Positions 1 to 8,699 of a stretch of DNA of 64,000 nucleotides are shown piece by piece (position 1 is the first letter of the stretch; every line of letters starts with the position of its first letter). The position numbers and the translations under genes were made by a program. The notes beneath the pieces were generated by a model. The model was not told the origin of the DNA. It did no database searches and saw only the letters and a program-made list of their open reading frames with translations. Location: NCBI GenBank assembly GCA_944385585.1, contig CALWXU010000002.1, positions 3,927 through 67,926 of the forward strand, in the 5' to 3' direction. The stretch comes from an uncultured Flavonifractor sp. GTDB taxonomy: Bacteria > Bacillota > Clostridia > Oscillospirales > Oscillospiraceae.

Positions 1-683
1 GCATCCGTCCGGTTTTTGCCCTCCAGAATGGCGGGCACGGCGTCGGGGGAGAACTTGCCGTCGGCGGCGTAGACGCAGGTGCCCACCATGGCCCGCACCA
101 TGTTGTACAGGAAGCCGTCGGCGCACACCCTGCATTCAATCAGATCCCCGCTGCGGGAGATATCGAAGTAGTGGACGGTGCGCACGGTGGTGCGGGTCTC
201 GGTGCCCACCGAGCGGACGGCGGCGAAGTCGTGTGTGCCCACGAAGTGGGCGGCGGCCCGCTGCATGACCGTCTCGTCCAACCGCTTGGGGTAGAACCAG
301 GCGCGGTTGACATAAAACGCGTTGCGGATGCGGGAGTTATAGATCCGGTAGGTGTACTCCTTTTTCAGGCAGGAGCCGATGGCGTTGAACTCCTCCGGCA
401 CCTCGGTGGCCTTGACCACCACGATGTCGTCTGGCAGGCGGGTGTTCACCGCCAGGGGGATCCGGTCGCAGGGGATGCGGGAGGAGGTGCGGAAATTGGC
501 CACATAGACCTCCGCGTGGACCCCGGCGTCGGTGCGGCCCGCGCCGGTGCACTTCACCGGGTGGCCCACCACCGAGGCCAGGGACTTCTCCAGGGTCTCG
601 GCCACAGTCTCCGCGTTCTTCTGCACCTGCCAGCCGTGGTAGGCGGTGCCCACGTACATCAAGCGTAGCGCAATATTTCTCAT
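1..683 (-). CDS. truA: tRNA pseudouridine(38-40) synthase (3' end runs off the window)
   Basis: Manual translation from ATG at 683: MRNIALRLMYVGTAYHGWQVQ...GAGRTDAGVHA; follows ecfT as in the conserved ecfAAT-truA operon. Confidence 0.95.
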   Translation of the reverse strand, partial: MRNIALRLMYVGTAYHGWQVQKNAETVAETLEKSLASVVGHPVKCTGAGRTDAGVHAEVYVANFRTSSRIPCDRIPLAVNTRLPDDIVVVKATEVPEEFNAIGSCLKKEYTYRIYNSRIRNAFYVNRAWFYPKRLDETVMQRAAAHFVGTHDFAAVRSVGTETRTTVRTVHYFDISRSGDLIECRVCADGFLYNMVRAMVGTCVYAADGKFSPDAVPAILEGKNRTD

Positions 684-717
684 AAGGCTTTAAGCTCTCA
701 TTATATTTTTCTTAAAT

Positions 718-1530
718 TTACAGCCCGAAGCGGCCCAGCACGCCGATGCCCACGCACATGACCAGGGCAAACAGCAGAGCGGCCACGTCCATGCCCCGGA
801 ACTTCAGCTGCCGCAGGCGGGTGCGCCCCTCGCCGCCGTGGTAGCAGCGGCACTCCATGGCCACCGCCAGCTCGTCGGCCCGGCGGAAGGCGGAGATGAA
901 CAGGGGCACCAGCAGGGGCACCAGGGCGCGGGCCTTCTGCATCAGGCTGCCGGTGTCGAAGTCGGCGCCCCGGGCCTTCTGGGCGGACATGATCTTGTCC
1001 GTCTCCTCGATCAGGGTGGGGATGAACCGCAGGGCGATGGACATCATCATGGACAGCTCGTGGACGGGCACCTTGATGGCCTTCAGGGGGTTCATCAGCC
1101 GCTCCAGGCCGTCGGTGAGCTGAATGGGGGAGGTGGTGTAGGTCAGCAGGAAGGTGCAGGTGATGAGCATGGCGATGCGCAGCACCATGAAGATGGCGGC
1201 CCAGATGCCCTCCGCGTAGATGTGGAACACCCAGAAGGAGACCAGTGGCTCCCCCTCGCCGGCGGTGTAGAACAGGTTGAGCACGCCGGTGATGATGACG
1301 ATGATCAGCACGGGCTTCATGCCCCGCAGGATGCTCTTGAGGCCCACCCGGGACACGGCGATGAGCACGCCCAGCAGGGCCAGCAGGATGGCATAGGAGA
1401 CCACCTGCCTGGCCAGGAACAGGGCCACGATATAGGCCACGGTGAAGATCAGCTTGGTGCGGGGGTCCAGCCGGTGGATGACGGTGTGGCCGGGGAAGTA
1501 CTGGCCCAGGGTAATGTCCTTCAGCGCCAT
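718..1530 (-). CDS. ecfT: ECF transporter transmembrane T component
   Basis: HRLDPRTK N-terminus, ALRFIPTL, QKARG and MECRCY motifs; several TM helices. Confidence 0.95.
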   Translation of the reverse strand: MALKDITLGQYFPGHTVIHRLDPRTKLIFTVAYIVALFLARQVVSYAILLALLGVLIAVSRVGLKSILRGMKPVLIIVIITGVLNLFYTAGEGEPLVSFWVFHIYAEGIWAAIFMVLRIAMLITCTFLLTYTTSPIQLTDGLERLMNPLKAIKVPVHELSMMMSIALRFIPTLIEETDKIMSAQKARGADFDTGSLMQKARALVPLLVPLFISAFRRADELAVAMECRCYHGGEGRTRLRQLKFRGMDVAALLFALVMCVGIGVLGRFGL

Positions 1531-2436
1531 TTACACCGCACCCCCTTTGTCAGAAGCGGGCTCCGCCGCAGTCAGGCGGGGCGCCCGGCCCAGCCTGGCC
1601 AGGATGGCGTCCCTGGCCTGCCCGGTGGTGTAGACCGAGGCGTCGATGTCCACGCCCATGGCCCGCAGCCGGAGGAACACCCGCGTCATGGCGGGCACGC
1701 CCAGGCCCATGGCCTCCAGCTCGTCCCCGTGGGCGAACACCTCCCGGGGCGCGCCGGAGAAGGGGATGCGGCCGTCGTTGACCACCACGATCCGGTCCAC
1801 CGTCCGGGCCATCTCCTCCATGGAGTGGGAGACGATGATGATGGTGGCGTTCTTGGCCTGGTGGTAGTCCCGGATGTTGCCCAAAATCTCCTCCACCCCC
1901 ACCGGGTCCAGCCCGGCGGTGGGCTCGTCCAGGATGAGCACCGACGGCTCCATGGCGATGACGCCGGCGATGGCCACCCGGCGCTTCTGTCCGCCGGAGA
2001 GCTCAAAGGGGGACTTCTCCAGCAGCTCCTCCCCCAGGCCCACGAACTGGGCGGCCTCCCGCACCCGGCGGTCGATCTCCTTCTCGTCCAGGCCCATGTT
2101 TTTGGGGCCGAAGGCGATGTCCTTGTAGATGGTCTCCTCAAAGAGCTGGTACTCCGGGTACTGGAACACCAGGCCCACGTGGAAGCGGGTCTCACGGGTG
2201 CGCTCCTTGCTCTCCCAGATGTCCTGCCCCTCGTAGAGCACCCGGCCGGAGGTGGGCTTGAGCAGGCCGTTCAGGTGCTGGATCAGGGTGGATTTGCCCG
2301 AGCCGGTGTGGCCGATGATGCCCAGGTACTCCCCCCGGTAGGCGGTGAAGTCCACGTCCACCAGGGCGCCGTGCTCAAAGGGGGTGCCGGCGGAGTAGAT
2401 GTGGCTCAGGCGCTCGGTCTGAATGATCGGTTCCAA
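1531..2436 (-). CDS. ecfA2: ECF transporter ATPase A2
   Basis: GHTGSGKST, LVFQYPEYQLFEET, SPFELSGGQKRR, LILDEPTAGLD; TTG start. Confidence 0.95.
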   Translation of the reverse strand: MEPIIQTERLSHIYSAGTPFEHGALVDVDFTAYRGEYLGIIGHTGSGKSTLIQHLNGLLKPTSGRVLYEGQDIWESKERTRETRFHVGLVFQYPEYQLFEETIYKDIAFGPKNMGLDEKEIDRRVREAAQFVGLGEELLEKSPFELSGGQKRRVAIAGVIAMEPSVLILDEPTAGLDPVGVEEILGNIRDYHQAKNATIIIVSHSMEEMARTVDRIVVVNDGRIPFSGAPREVFAHGDELEAMGLGVPAMTRVFLRLRAMGVDIDASVYTTGQARDAILARLGRAPRLTAAEPASDKGGAV

Positions 2437-2533
2437 GTAGCTTCATTCCTTTATCATCAGTAGTGGTGCATCCCCTTGTGATCGGGTGACGCCCAGGGAA
2501 ATGCCCGCCCCCGGCGGAAAGGCACAGGGGAGG

Positions 2534-2780
2534 TCATAGATTCAGGTTTTTGTCGTTCTCCAGCCTCCGGAGCCGGTCCTGCAGGGAGGTGACCTGCTCC
2601 TCCAGCTTCCGCACCCGCTTCCACAGGGCGAAGCCCAGCCCGCCCAGGATGGCGAACACCAGGCCCAGAAACGCCGGAAGCGCCCCGGCAGCCCGTGGAA
2701 AAGCGCGGTGAGCGCAGCCAGGAGGACAACAAACAGGACGATACACAGCCCGGCTAGAAGGTGTCTCTGCCGCTGTTCAT
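2534..2780 (-). pseudogene. Small two-TM membrane protein with coiled-coil tail, apparently frameshifted twice
   Basis: ATG at 2780 with GGAGG RBS; hydrophobic segments HLLAGLCIVLFVVLLAALTALF and ALPAFLGLVFAILGGLGFALW lie in different frames. Confidence 0.5.
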
Positions 2781-3640
2781 GACAAATCCCCCTCCTGGGC
2801 CAGCAGGCGGCAGAGGACCTGGGCGCACTCCTCGTCGCTGAGGGCGTCCAGGGGCACGTCCACCCCGGCCTGCCGCAGCTGCCACAGCAGCTCGGTGGTC
2901 TCGGGGACGGTGAGGCCCACGGCCTTCAGCTCCTCCACCCGCTGAAAGACCTCTCTGGGGGCGCCGTCGGCCACCACCCGGCCCTTGGCCATGACCACCA
3001 GACGGTCGGCCTGGGCGGCCTCGTCCATGTGGTGGGTGATGAGCACCACCGTGACGCCGGCCGTGCGGTTGAGGCTTTTGATGGTATTCATCACCTCTGC
3101 CCGGCCGATGGGGTCCAGCATGGCGGTGGGCTCGTCCAGCACGATGCACCGGGGCGCCATGGCCAGCACGCCGGCGATGGCCACCCGCTGCTTCTGTCCG
3201 CCGGAGAGCAGGTGGGGGGCGTGCTCCCGGTACTCGTACATGCCCACGGTCTTGAGGGCGTCATCCACCCGGCGGCGGATCTCCTCCGGGGGCACCCCCA
3301 GGTTCTCCGGGGCGAAGGCCACGTCCTCCTCCACCACGTTGGCCACGATCTGGTTGTCCGGGTTCTGGAACACCATGCCCACGGTGCGGCGGATGTCCAG
3401 CAGACGCGCCTCGTCGCGGGTGTCGATGCCGTCCACGTACACCTTGCCGCCGGAGGGCAGCAGGATGGCGTTCAGGTGCTTGGCCAGGGTGGACTTGCCA
3501 GAGCCGTTGTGGCCCAGCACGGCCACGAAGGAGCCCGGCTCAATGTCCAGGCTCACCCCGTCCAGCACCAGGGGGTTGACCGCCCCCTCCTCCACATAGG
3601 TGAAGCGGAGCTCCTCGGTTTTGATGATGGCATTGCTCAT
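2777..3640 (-). CDS. ecfA1: ECF transporter ATPase A1
   Basis: [36 protein letters not shown]. Confidence 0.95.
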   Translation of the reverse strand: MSNAIIKTEELRFTYVEEGAVNPLVLDGVSLDIEPGSFVAVLGHNGSGKSTLAKHLNAILLPSGGKVYVDGIDTRDEARLLDIRRTVGMVFQNPDNQIVANVVEEDVAFAPENLGVPPEEIRRRVDDALKTVGMYEYREHAPHLLSGGQKQRVAIAGVLAMAPRCIVLDEPTAMLDPIGRAEVMNTIKSLNRTAGVTVVLITHHMDEAAQADRLVVMAKGRVVADGAPREVFQRVEELKAVGLTVPETTELLWQLRQAGVDVPLDALSDEECAQVLCRLLAQEGDLS

Positions 3641-3653
3641 ACAGCGGCACTCC

Positions 3654-4520
3654 TCATGAATCGGCGGTCCAGCGGCCCGTGGCCCCGCAGGGCAGGGCCA
3701 GGCCGGTGGCGGTGACGGGCAGGCCCAGTTCCTGGCTCTCGGTGCGGCCGCCGTATTTCCGGCCCACCAGGGTCTCCAGCAGATAGGTCAGCACCGAAGG
3801 GGCCAGGCCCGTGGTGTAGGAATTGATCAGGAAGAACAGCGGCTCGTCGGAGAGCACCCCGGTCACCAGCTCCACAAAGGGGAACAGGTTCTCCTCCAGC
3901 TTCCAGATCTCCCCGGAGGGGCCCCGGCCGTAGGAGGGGGGGTCCATGATCACCGCGTCGTACTGCCGTCCCCGGCGGATCTCCCGCTCCACAAACTTGG
4001 CGCAGTCGTCCACGATCCAGCGGATGGGGGCGTCGGACAGGCCGGAGGAGGAGGCGTTCTCCCTGGCCCAGGCCACCATGCCGCGGGCCGCGTCCACGTG
4101 GCACACCGAGGCCCCCGCCGCCGCGCAGGCCACCGACGCCGCGCCGGTGTAGGCGAACAGGTTGAGCACGCGGATGGGCCGCCCGGCGGAGCGGATGCGC
4201 GCCATGGCAAAGTCCCAGTTGGCCGCCTGCTCGGGGAACACGCCGGTGTGCTTGAAGTTCATGGGCTTGACATTGAAGGTCAGCGCCCCGTAGCCCAGGG
4301 TCCACCGCGGGGGCAGGTCCTTCTTGACCCACTGCCCCCCGCCGGTGGAGGCGCGCTGGTAGCGGGCGTCGTGCTTCCGCCAGCCGGGGTGTTTTCCCTC
4401 GGGCCGCCAGATGGCCTGGGGGTCGGGCCGCACCAGCAGGTATTTCCCCCACCGCTCCAGCCGCTCGCCATCTCCGCAGTCCAGCAGCTCATAGTCTCTC
4501 CAGTTGTCGGAAATCCACAT
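3654..4520 (-). CDS. Class I SAM-dependent methyltransferase (RlmI/YwbD-like)
   Basis: [21 protein letters not shown] motif, MDPPSYG motif. Confidence 0.85.
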   Translation of the reverse strand: MWISDNWRDYELLDCGDGERLERWGKYLLVRPDPQAIWRPEGKHPGWRKHDARYQRASTGGGQWVKKDLPPRWTLGYGALTFNVKPMNFKHTGVFPEQAANWDFAMARIRSAGRPIRVLNLFAYTGAASVACAAAGASVCHVDAARGMVAWARENASSSGLSDAPIRWIVDDCAKFVEREIRRGRQYDAVIMDPPSYGRGPSGEIWKLEENLFPFVELVTGVLSDEPLFFLINSYTTGLAPSVLTYLLETLVGRKYGGRTESQELGLPVTATGLALPCGATGRWTADS

Positions 4521-4560
4521 CTCTATCCCGTCCCATTGCCCAGATTGTCATAATCATCCT

Positions 4561-4589
4561 ATTATATCACCTGGGCGAAAACCAGTCAA
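4561..4589 (-). promoter_or_regulatory. SigA-type promoter for the methyltransferase-ecf-truA operon
   Basis: TTGACT-N17-TATAAT with extended TG on the minus strand. Confidence 0.75.
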
Positions 4590-4619
4590 TCTAATCTAAA
4601 GAAGGGGAGGTCCCTTTTT

Positions 4620-4941
4620 TGTAGGATTACACTACATGTTGGACAAATGAATAAAAAAGGATGAAGGATAGGTCCCCATCGGTTAAAGTTGGAGTTGCAG
4701 ACAACAACTGAACGAGAGGGGCCATATCCTTCATGGGCGAGAGTATCACACAGGACATGGCATACCGGCAACCCCTGATGAGGTGCGTGGAGAAACACGG
4801 CGTCATGCAGGCCGGCCGGAGGTACAGCAAGAGCCGTTCGTATCTCTGCTTCTGGAGGGCGTGCTGGGATGGAACCGTGGAATCCCTGTCTCCTGCCGCC
4901 CTCCCTCCCGGTTCGCTGTCCGATATGTTTGACAACCTATA
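4620..4941 (+). mobile_element. Internally deleted IS481-like element (MITE-like remnant)
   Basis: Imperfect terminal inverted repeats (TGTAGGATTACACTACATGTTGGACA vs reverse complement of the right end TATAGGTTGTCAAACATATCGGACA), TTTTT on both flanks, truncated transposase-like ORF inside. Confidence 0.65.
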
Positions 4942-4948
4942 TTTTTAG
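4733..4948 (+). pseudogene. Truncated transposase N-terminus (HTH region)
   Basis: SITQDMAYRQPLM...KHGVMQAGRRYSKSRSYLCFWRACWDGTVESL resembles clostridial IS481-type transposase N-termini; no DDE core. Confidence 0.6.
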
Positions 4949-5010
4949 GGGGGCGGGATATTTTTGCCGGACGCAGAAGTGGCGGGGCGGGGAAAAAGAC
5001 GGGAAAGAGG

Positions 5011-5039
5011 TTGAGAAACCGGGCCGGTCGTGCTATAAT
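5011..5039 (+). promoter_or_regulatory. SigA-type promoter for ddl-murF
   Basis: TTGAGA-N17-TATAAT with extended TG. Confidence 0.75.
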
Positions 5040-5090
5040 ATACCACTAGTGCGTATCCTGGTTGTAACAAACCTGTGATTGAGGTGTGCT

Positions 5091-6140
5091 ATGAAAATCG
5101 TTGTGCTGGCAGGGGGGCTTTCCCCGGAGCGGAATGTGTCCCTTTCCACAGGCGCCATGGTGGCCGAGGCCCTCCGGGCGCTGGGGCACCGGGCGGGCCT
5201 GATCGACATGTACTTTGGCCTGGAGGGCGGCGGGGCGGATGAGGCCTTTTTTGACGCGCCCATCCCCCAGGCCTATAAAAAGGTGAGCCGTCAGGCGCCG
5301 GATCTGGAGGAGGTGCGCCGCAGCCGCCCGGGGGAGAGCGGGAGCCTGTTCGGCCCCGGCGTGCTGGAGCTGTGCCGGATGGCGGACCTGGTGTTCCTGG
5401 CCCTCCACGGCACCTGCGGGGAGGACGGGCGGGTGCAGGCCGCCTTTGAGCTGCTGGACATCCCCTACACCGGCGCGGGCTATCTGGGCAGCGCCATCGC
5501 CATGGACAAGGATCTGACCAAGCGGATGGTGGCCGACGTGGTGTCCACCCCCGGCTGGAAGACGGTGGAGTACACCGAGGGGGATATTGAGGGGCTGGTA
5601 CAGACCGCCCGGCTGCCCCTGGTGGTGAAGCCGGTGGCCAGCGGCTCCTCCATCGGCGTGTCCATTGCCCGCACCCACGACGAGCTGCGGCGCGCCCTCA
5701 CCGACGGCCTGGCCCTGGGGGGGCGCACTGTGCTGGAGGAGTACATCAAGGGCCGGGAGATCCAGGTGGGCATCCTGGAGGACAGGGCCCTGCCCTCCAT
5801 TGAGATCATCCCCAAGCAGGGGTTTTACGACTATGAGAACAAGTACCAGCCAGGCGCGGCCCTGGAGGTCTGCCCGTCGGAGATCACCCCGGCGGAGGAG
5901 GAGAAGGTGCGCGCCGCCGCCCTGCGGGTGTATGAAACCCTGGGCCTGTCGGTGTATGCCAGGGCGGACTTCATTCTCACCGCCGACGGGGAGCCCTGGT
6001 TCCTGGAGATCAACACCCTGCCCGGCATGACCCCCACCAGCCTGCTGCCCCAGGAGGCGGCCGCGGCGGGGATCGACTACAGCGGGCTGTGTGAGCGCAT
6101 TGTGCATGCCTCTCTGGAGGCCAGAAAACAGGGAAGATAA
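5091..6140 (+). CDS. ddl: D-alanine--D-alanine ligase
   Basis: GGLSPERNVS, ALHGTCGEDG, GSSIGV, YDYENKY, LEINTLPGMT; GAGGTG RBS. Confidence 0.95.
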   Translation: MKIVVLAGGLSPERNVSLSTGAMVAEALRALGHRAGLIDMYFGLEGGGADEAFFDAPIPQAYKKVSRQAPDLEEVRRSRPGESGSLFGPGVLELCRMADLVFLALHGTCGEDGRVQAAFELLDIPYTGAGYLGSAIAMDKDLTKRMVADVVSTPGWKTVEYTEGDIEGLVQTARLPLVVKPVASGSSIGVSIARTHDELRRALTDGLALGGRTVLEEYIKGREIQVGILEDRALPSIEIIPKQGFYDYENKYQPGAALEVCPSEITPAEEEKVRAAALRVYETLGLSVYARADFILTADGEPWFLEINTLPGMTPTSLLPQEAAAAGIDYSGLCERIVHASLEARKQGR

Positions 6141-6157
6141 GGAAGCGAGGACGGAAT

Positions 6158-7549
6158 ATGGAGCCCATGACCATTCGAGAGATCCTGGACGCGGTGGGCG
6201 GCAGGCTGCTGGGCGAGTTCGGGGATGTGAACCGCACGGTGGCGCGGGTGGAGACCGACAGCCGCACCATCCACGCCGGGTCCCTCTTTGTGCCCCTGAT
6301 GGGGGAGCGGTTTGACGGCCACGCCTACATCAACGCCGCCCTGGAGGGGGGCGCGGCGGGCTGCTTCACCCAGCGGGAGCGGGAGAGCTACCTGCCCGGC
6401 AAGTTCTATATCAAGGTGGACTCCACCCAGCGGGCTCTGCGGGATCTGGCCAGGGCCTACAAGAAGAAGTTCCCCATTCCGGTCATCGCCCTGACCGGCT
6501 CAGTGGGCAAGACCACCACCAAGGACATGGTGGCCGCCGTGCTGGGGGAGAAGTACAAGGTGCTCAAGACCGAGGGCAACCTGAACAACGAGATCGGCGT
6601 GCCCATGACCCTGCTGCGGCTGGGCAGTGAGCACGAGATCGCGGTGCTGGAGCTGGGCATGAACCACGCCGGGGAGATCGACTACCTCTCCGCCCTGGTG
6701 GAGCCGGACGTGGTGCTCATGACCAACATCGGGGACTCCCACATCGAGCACTTCGGCACCCGGGAGAAGATCCTGGAGGCCAAGAGCGAGATCTTCCGCC
6801 ACGCCAGGCCGGACGCCTTCGCGGTAATCAACGGGGACGACCCCCTGCTCAGCACCCTGCCCGGCAGGCTGCCCTTCTCCTTTACCCGCATCGGCGGGGG
6901 AGCGGGGCTGGACTATCGGGCCGTGGATGTGGAGAGCGACGGCGAGAGCCGTATGACCTGCCGGATTGTCACACCCACGGGGGCGTTCCCGGTGGAGATC
7001 CCCGCCCTGGGGGACCACATGATCTACCCCACCCTCATGGCGGTGGCGGTGGGGGAGCACTTCGGCCTGACCCACCAGCAGATCGCCGACGGCGTGCTCC
7101 ACTTCGCCCCCACCAAGATGCGGATGAACATCCTCCACCGGGGGGAGGGGATCACCATCCTCAACGACACCTACAACGCCAACCCCCAGTCCATGCGGGC
7201 GGCGGTGCAGGTGCTCTCCGGCGCCAAGGGGGCGTATAAGGTGGCCGTGCTGGGCGACATGTTTGAGCTGGGCCCCCTGGCCCCCGCCCTCCACGCCGGC
7301 ATCGGCGACTACCTGGGGAAGGCGGGCATCCACTGCCTGGTGGCGGTGGGGGAGCTGGCAAAGCATATCTACGACGCGGCCCGGGCCGCCGGCGTGCCGG
7401 ACTGCCGCTACTGCCCCGACAAGGAGGCGGCCAAGCCCGTGCTGGACAGCGTGGTGCGCCCCGGCACCACCGTGTTGGTCAAGGCCTCCCGGGGCATGGC
7501 CATGGAGCAGCTGGTGGACTACCTGCTGGGGATCACCAAGGAGGCATAA
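6158..7549 (+). CDS. murF: UDP-MurNAc-tripeptide--D-Ala-D-Ala ligase
   Basis: TGSVGKTTTK, NNEIGVP, ELGMNHAGEI, DTYNANP, LGDMFELG, VKASRG. Confidence 0.95.
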   Translation: MEPMTIREILDAVGGRLLGEFGDVNRTVARVETDSRTIHAGSLFVPLMGERFDGHAYINAALEGGAAGCFTQRERESYLPGKFYIKVDSTQRALRDLARAYKKKFPIPVIALTGSVGKTTTKDMVAAVLGEKYKVLKTEGNLNNEIGVPMTLLRLGSEHEIAVLELGMNHAGEIDYLSALVEPDVVLMTNIGDSHIEHFGTREKILEAKSEIFRHARPDAFAVINGDDPLLSTLPGRLPFSFTRIGGGAGLDYRAVDVESDGESRMTCRIVTPTGAFPVEIPALGDHMIYPTLMAVAVGEHFGLTHQQIADGVLHFAPTKMRMNILHRGEGITILNDTYNANPQSMRAAVQVLSGAKGAYKVAVLGDMFELGPLAPALHAGIGDYLGKAGIHCLVAVGELAKHIYDAARAAGVPDCRYCPDKEAAKPVLDSVVRPGTTVLVKASRGMAMEQLVDYLLGITKEA

Positions 7550-7583
7550 AAAGCGCCCGCCAGACCAGACGGTCCGGCGGGCG
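7548..7583 (-). terminator. Intrinsic terminator between convergent murF and mtnA
   Basis: 13-bp stem CGCCCGCCAGACC/GGTCCGGCGGGCG with T tract on the minus strand. Confidence 0.6.
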
Positions 7584-7644
7584 GGGAGGGCCTGCACGGC
7601 CCCTTGGCTCAGACGTGCGCAGGGTCGTCCTGCGGCCGGCCGCC

Positions 7645-8634
7645 CTACCCGAAGAGCCTGGCCAGGTTCTCCCGGAAGGGCGGGTAGACGACCCCCTTCT
7701 CCGTAATGATGCCGGTGACCAGGCTGTGGGGGGTCACATCAAAGGCGGGGTTGTACACCTCCACCTCCGCCGGCGCGGTCTGGACGCCGCAGAGGGTGCG
7801 CACCTCGTCCCTGTCCCGCTCCTCGATGGGGATGCCGCTGCCGTCTGGCAGAGACAGGTCGATGGTGGAGCAGGGGAGGGCCACATAGAAGGGCACCCCG
7901 TGGAAATGGGCGTTCACCGCCACCGAGTAGGTGCCGATCTTGTTGGCAAAGTCGCCGTTGGCGGCCATGCGGTCGCACCCCACCACCGCCAGATCCACCT
8001 GCCCCTTGGCCATCAGGCTGGCCGCCATGTTGTCGGCAATCAGGGTGGCGGGGATGTGGTCGCGGACCAGCTCATAGGCGGTGAGGCGGGCCCCCTGGAG
8101 CAGGGGACGGGTCTCGTCGGCGTAAACCAGTTTCACCTTCCCCTGCACATGGGCGGCCCGGATCACCCCCAGGGCGGTGCCGTAGCCGCCGGTGGCCAGG
8201 GCCCCGGCGTTGCAGTGGGTCAGGATGCGGGCGCGCTCCGGCACCACCGCCGCCCCGTAAGCCCCTATGGCTTTACACATGGCCACGTCCTCCGCGTGGA
8301 TGGCCTTGGCCTCCTCTGTCAGGACGGCGGGGTCGCCGCCGCAGTCCTCCGCCTTGTGGGCCATGCGCTCCAGGGCCCAGAACAGGTTCACCGCCGTGGG
8401 CCGGCTGGAGCCCAGGACGGCCCGGGCCTCCTCCAGATCCTCCCCGGCCAGGGCGGCCAGGCAGTAGGCGTAGGCGGCGGCGATGCCGATGGCGGGGGCG
8501 CCCCGCACCACCATGGTGCGGATGGCGTCCGCCACGGGGCGGTAATCGGTATAGGCAATCCACGCCTCAGTGACGGGGAGCTTGGTCTGGTCCAACAGGT
8601 AAAGGGTATGCTCTTCCCAGCGGATGGCGTCCAT
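7645..8634 (-). CDS. mtnA: S-methyl-5-thioribose-1-phosphate isomerase
   Basis: VRGAPAIG, SRPTAVNL, LTHCNAGALAT, ETRPLLQG, ANKIGTY, NPAFDVTP; GGAGG before ATG 8634. Confidence 0.93.
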   Translation of the reverse strand: MDAIRWEEHTLYLLDQTKLPVTEAWIAYTDYRPVADAIRTMVVRGAPAIGIAAAYAYCLAALAGEDLEEARAVLGSSRPTAVNLFWALERMAHKAEDCGGDPAVLTEEAKAIHAEDVAMCKAIGAYGAAVVPERARILTHCNAGALATGGYGTALGVIRAAHVQGKVKLVYADETRPLLQGARLTAYELVRDHIPATLIADNMAASLMAKGQVDLAVVGCDRMAANGDFANKIGTYSVAVNAHFHGVPFYVALPCSTIDLSLPDGSGIPIEERDRDEVRTLCGVQTAPAEVEVYNPAFDVTPHSLVTGIITEKGVVYPPFRENLARLFG

Positions 8635-8699
8635 CGAGAAAACCTCCATTCCTTGACTTCACGATTTACTATATCACAACGGACAACGGGAGTAAACAA

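Noticed and set aside
5091-6140. Possible vancomycin-resistance D-Ala-D-Lac ligase
   Set aside because: The omega loop reads YDYENKY as in ordinary Ddl, the gene is paired with murF, and no van genes are nearby
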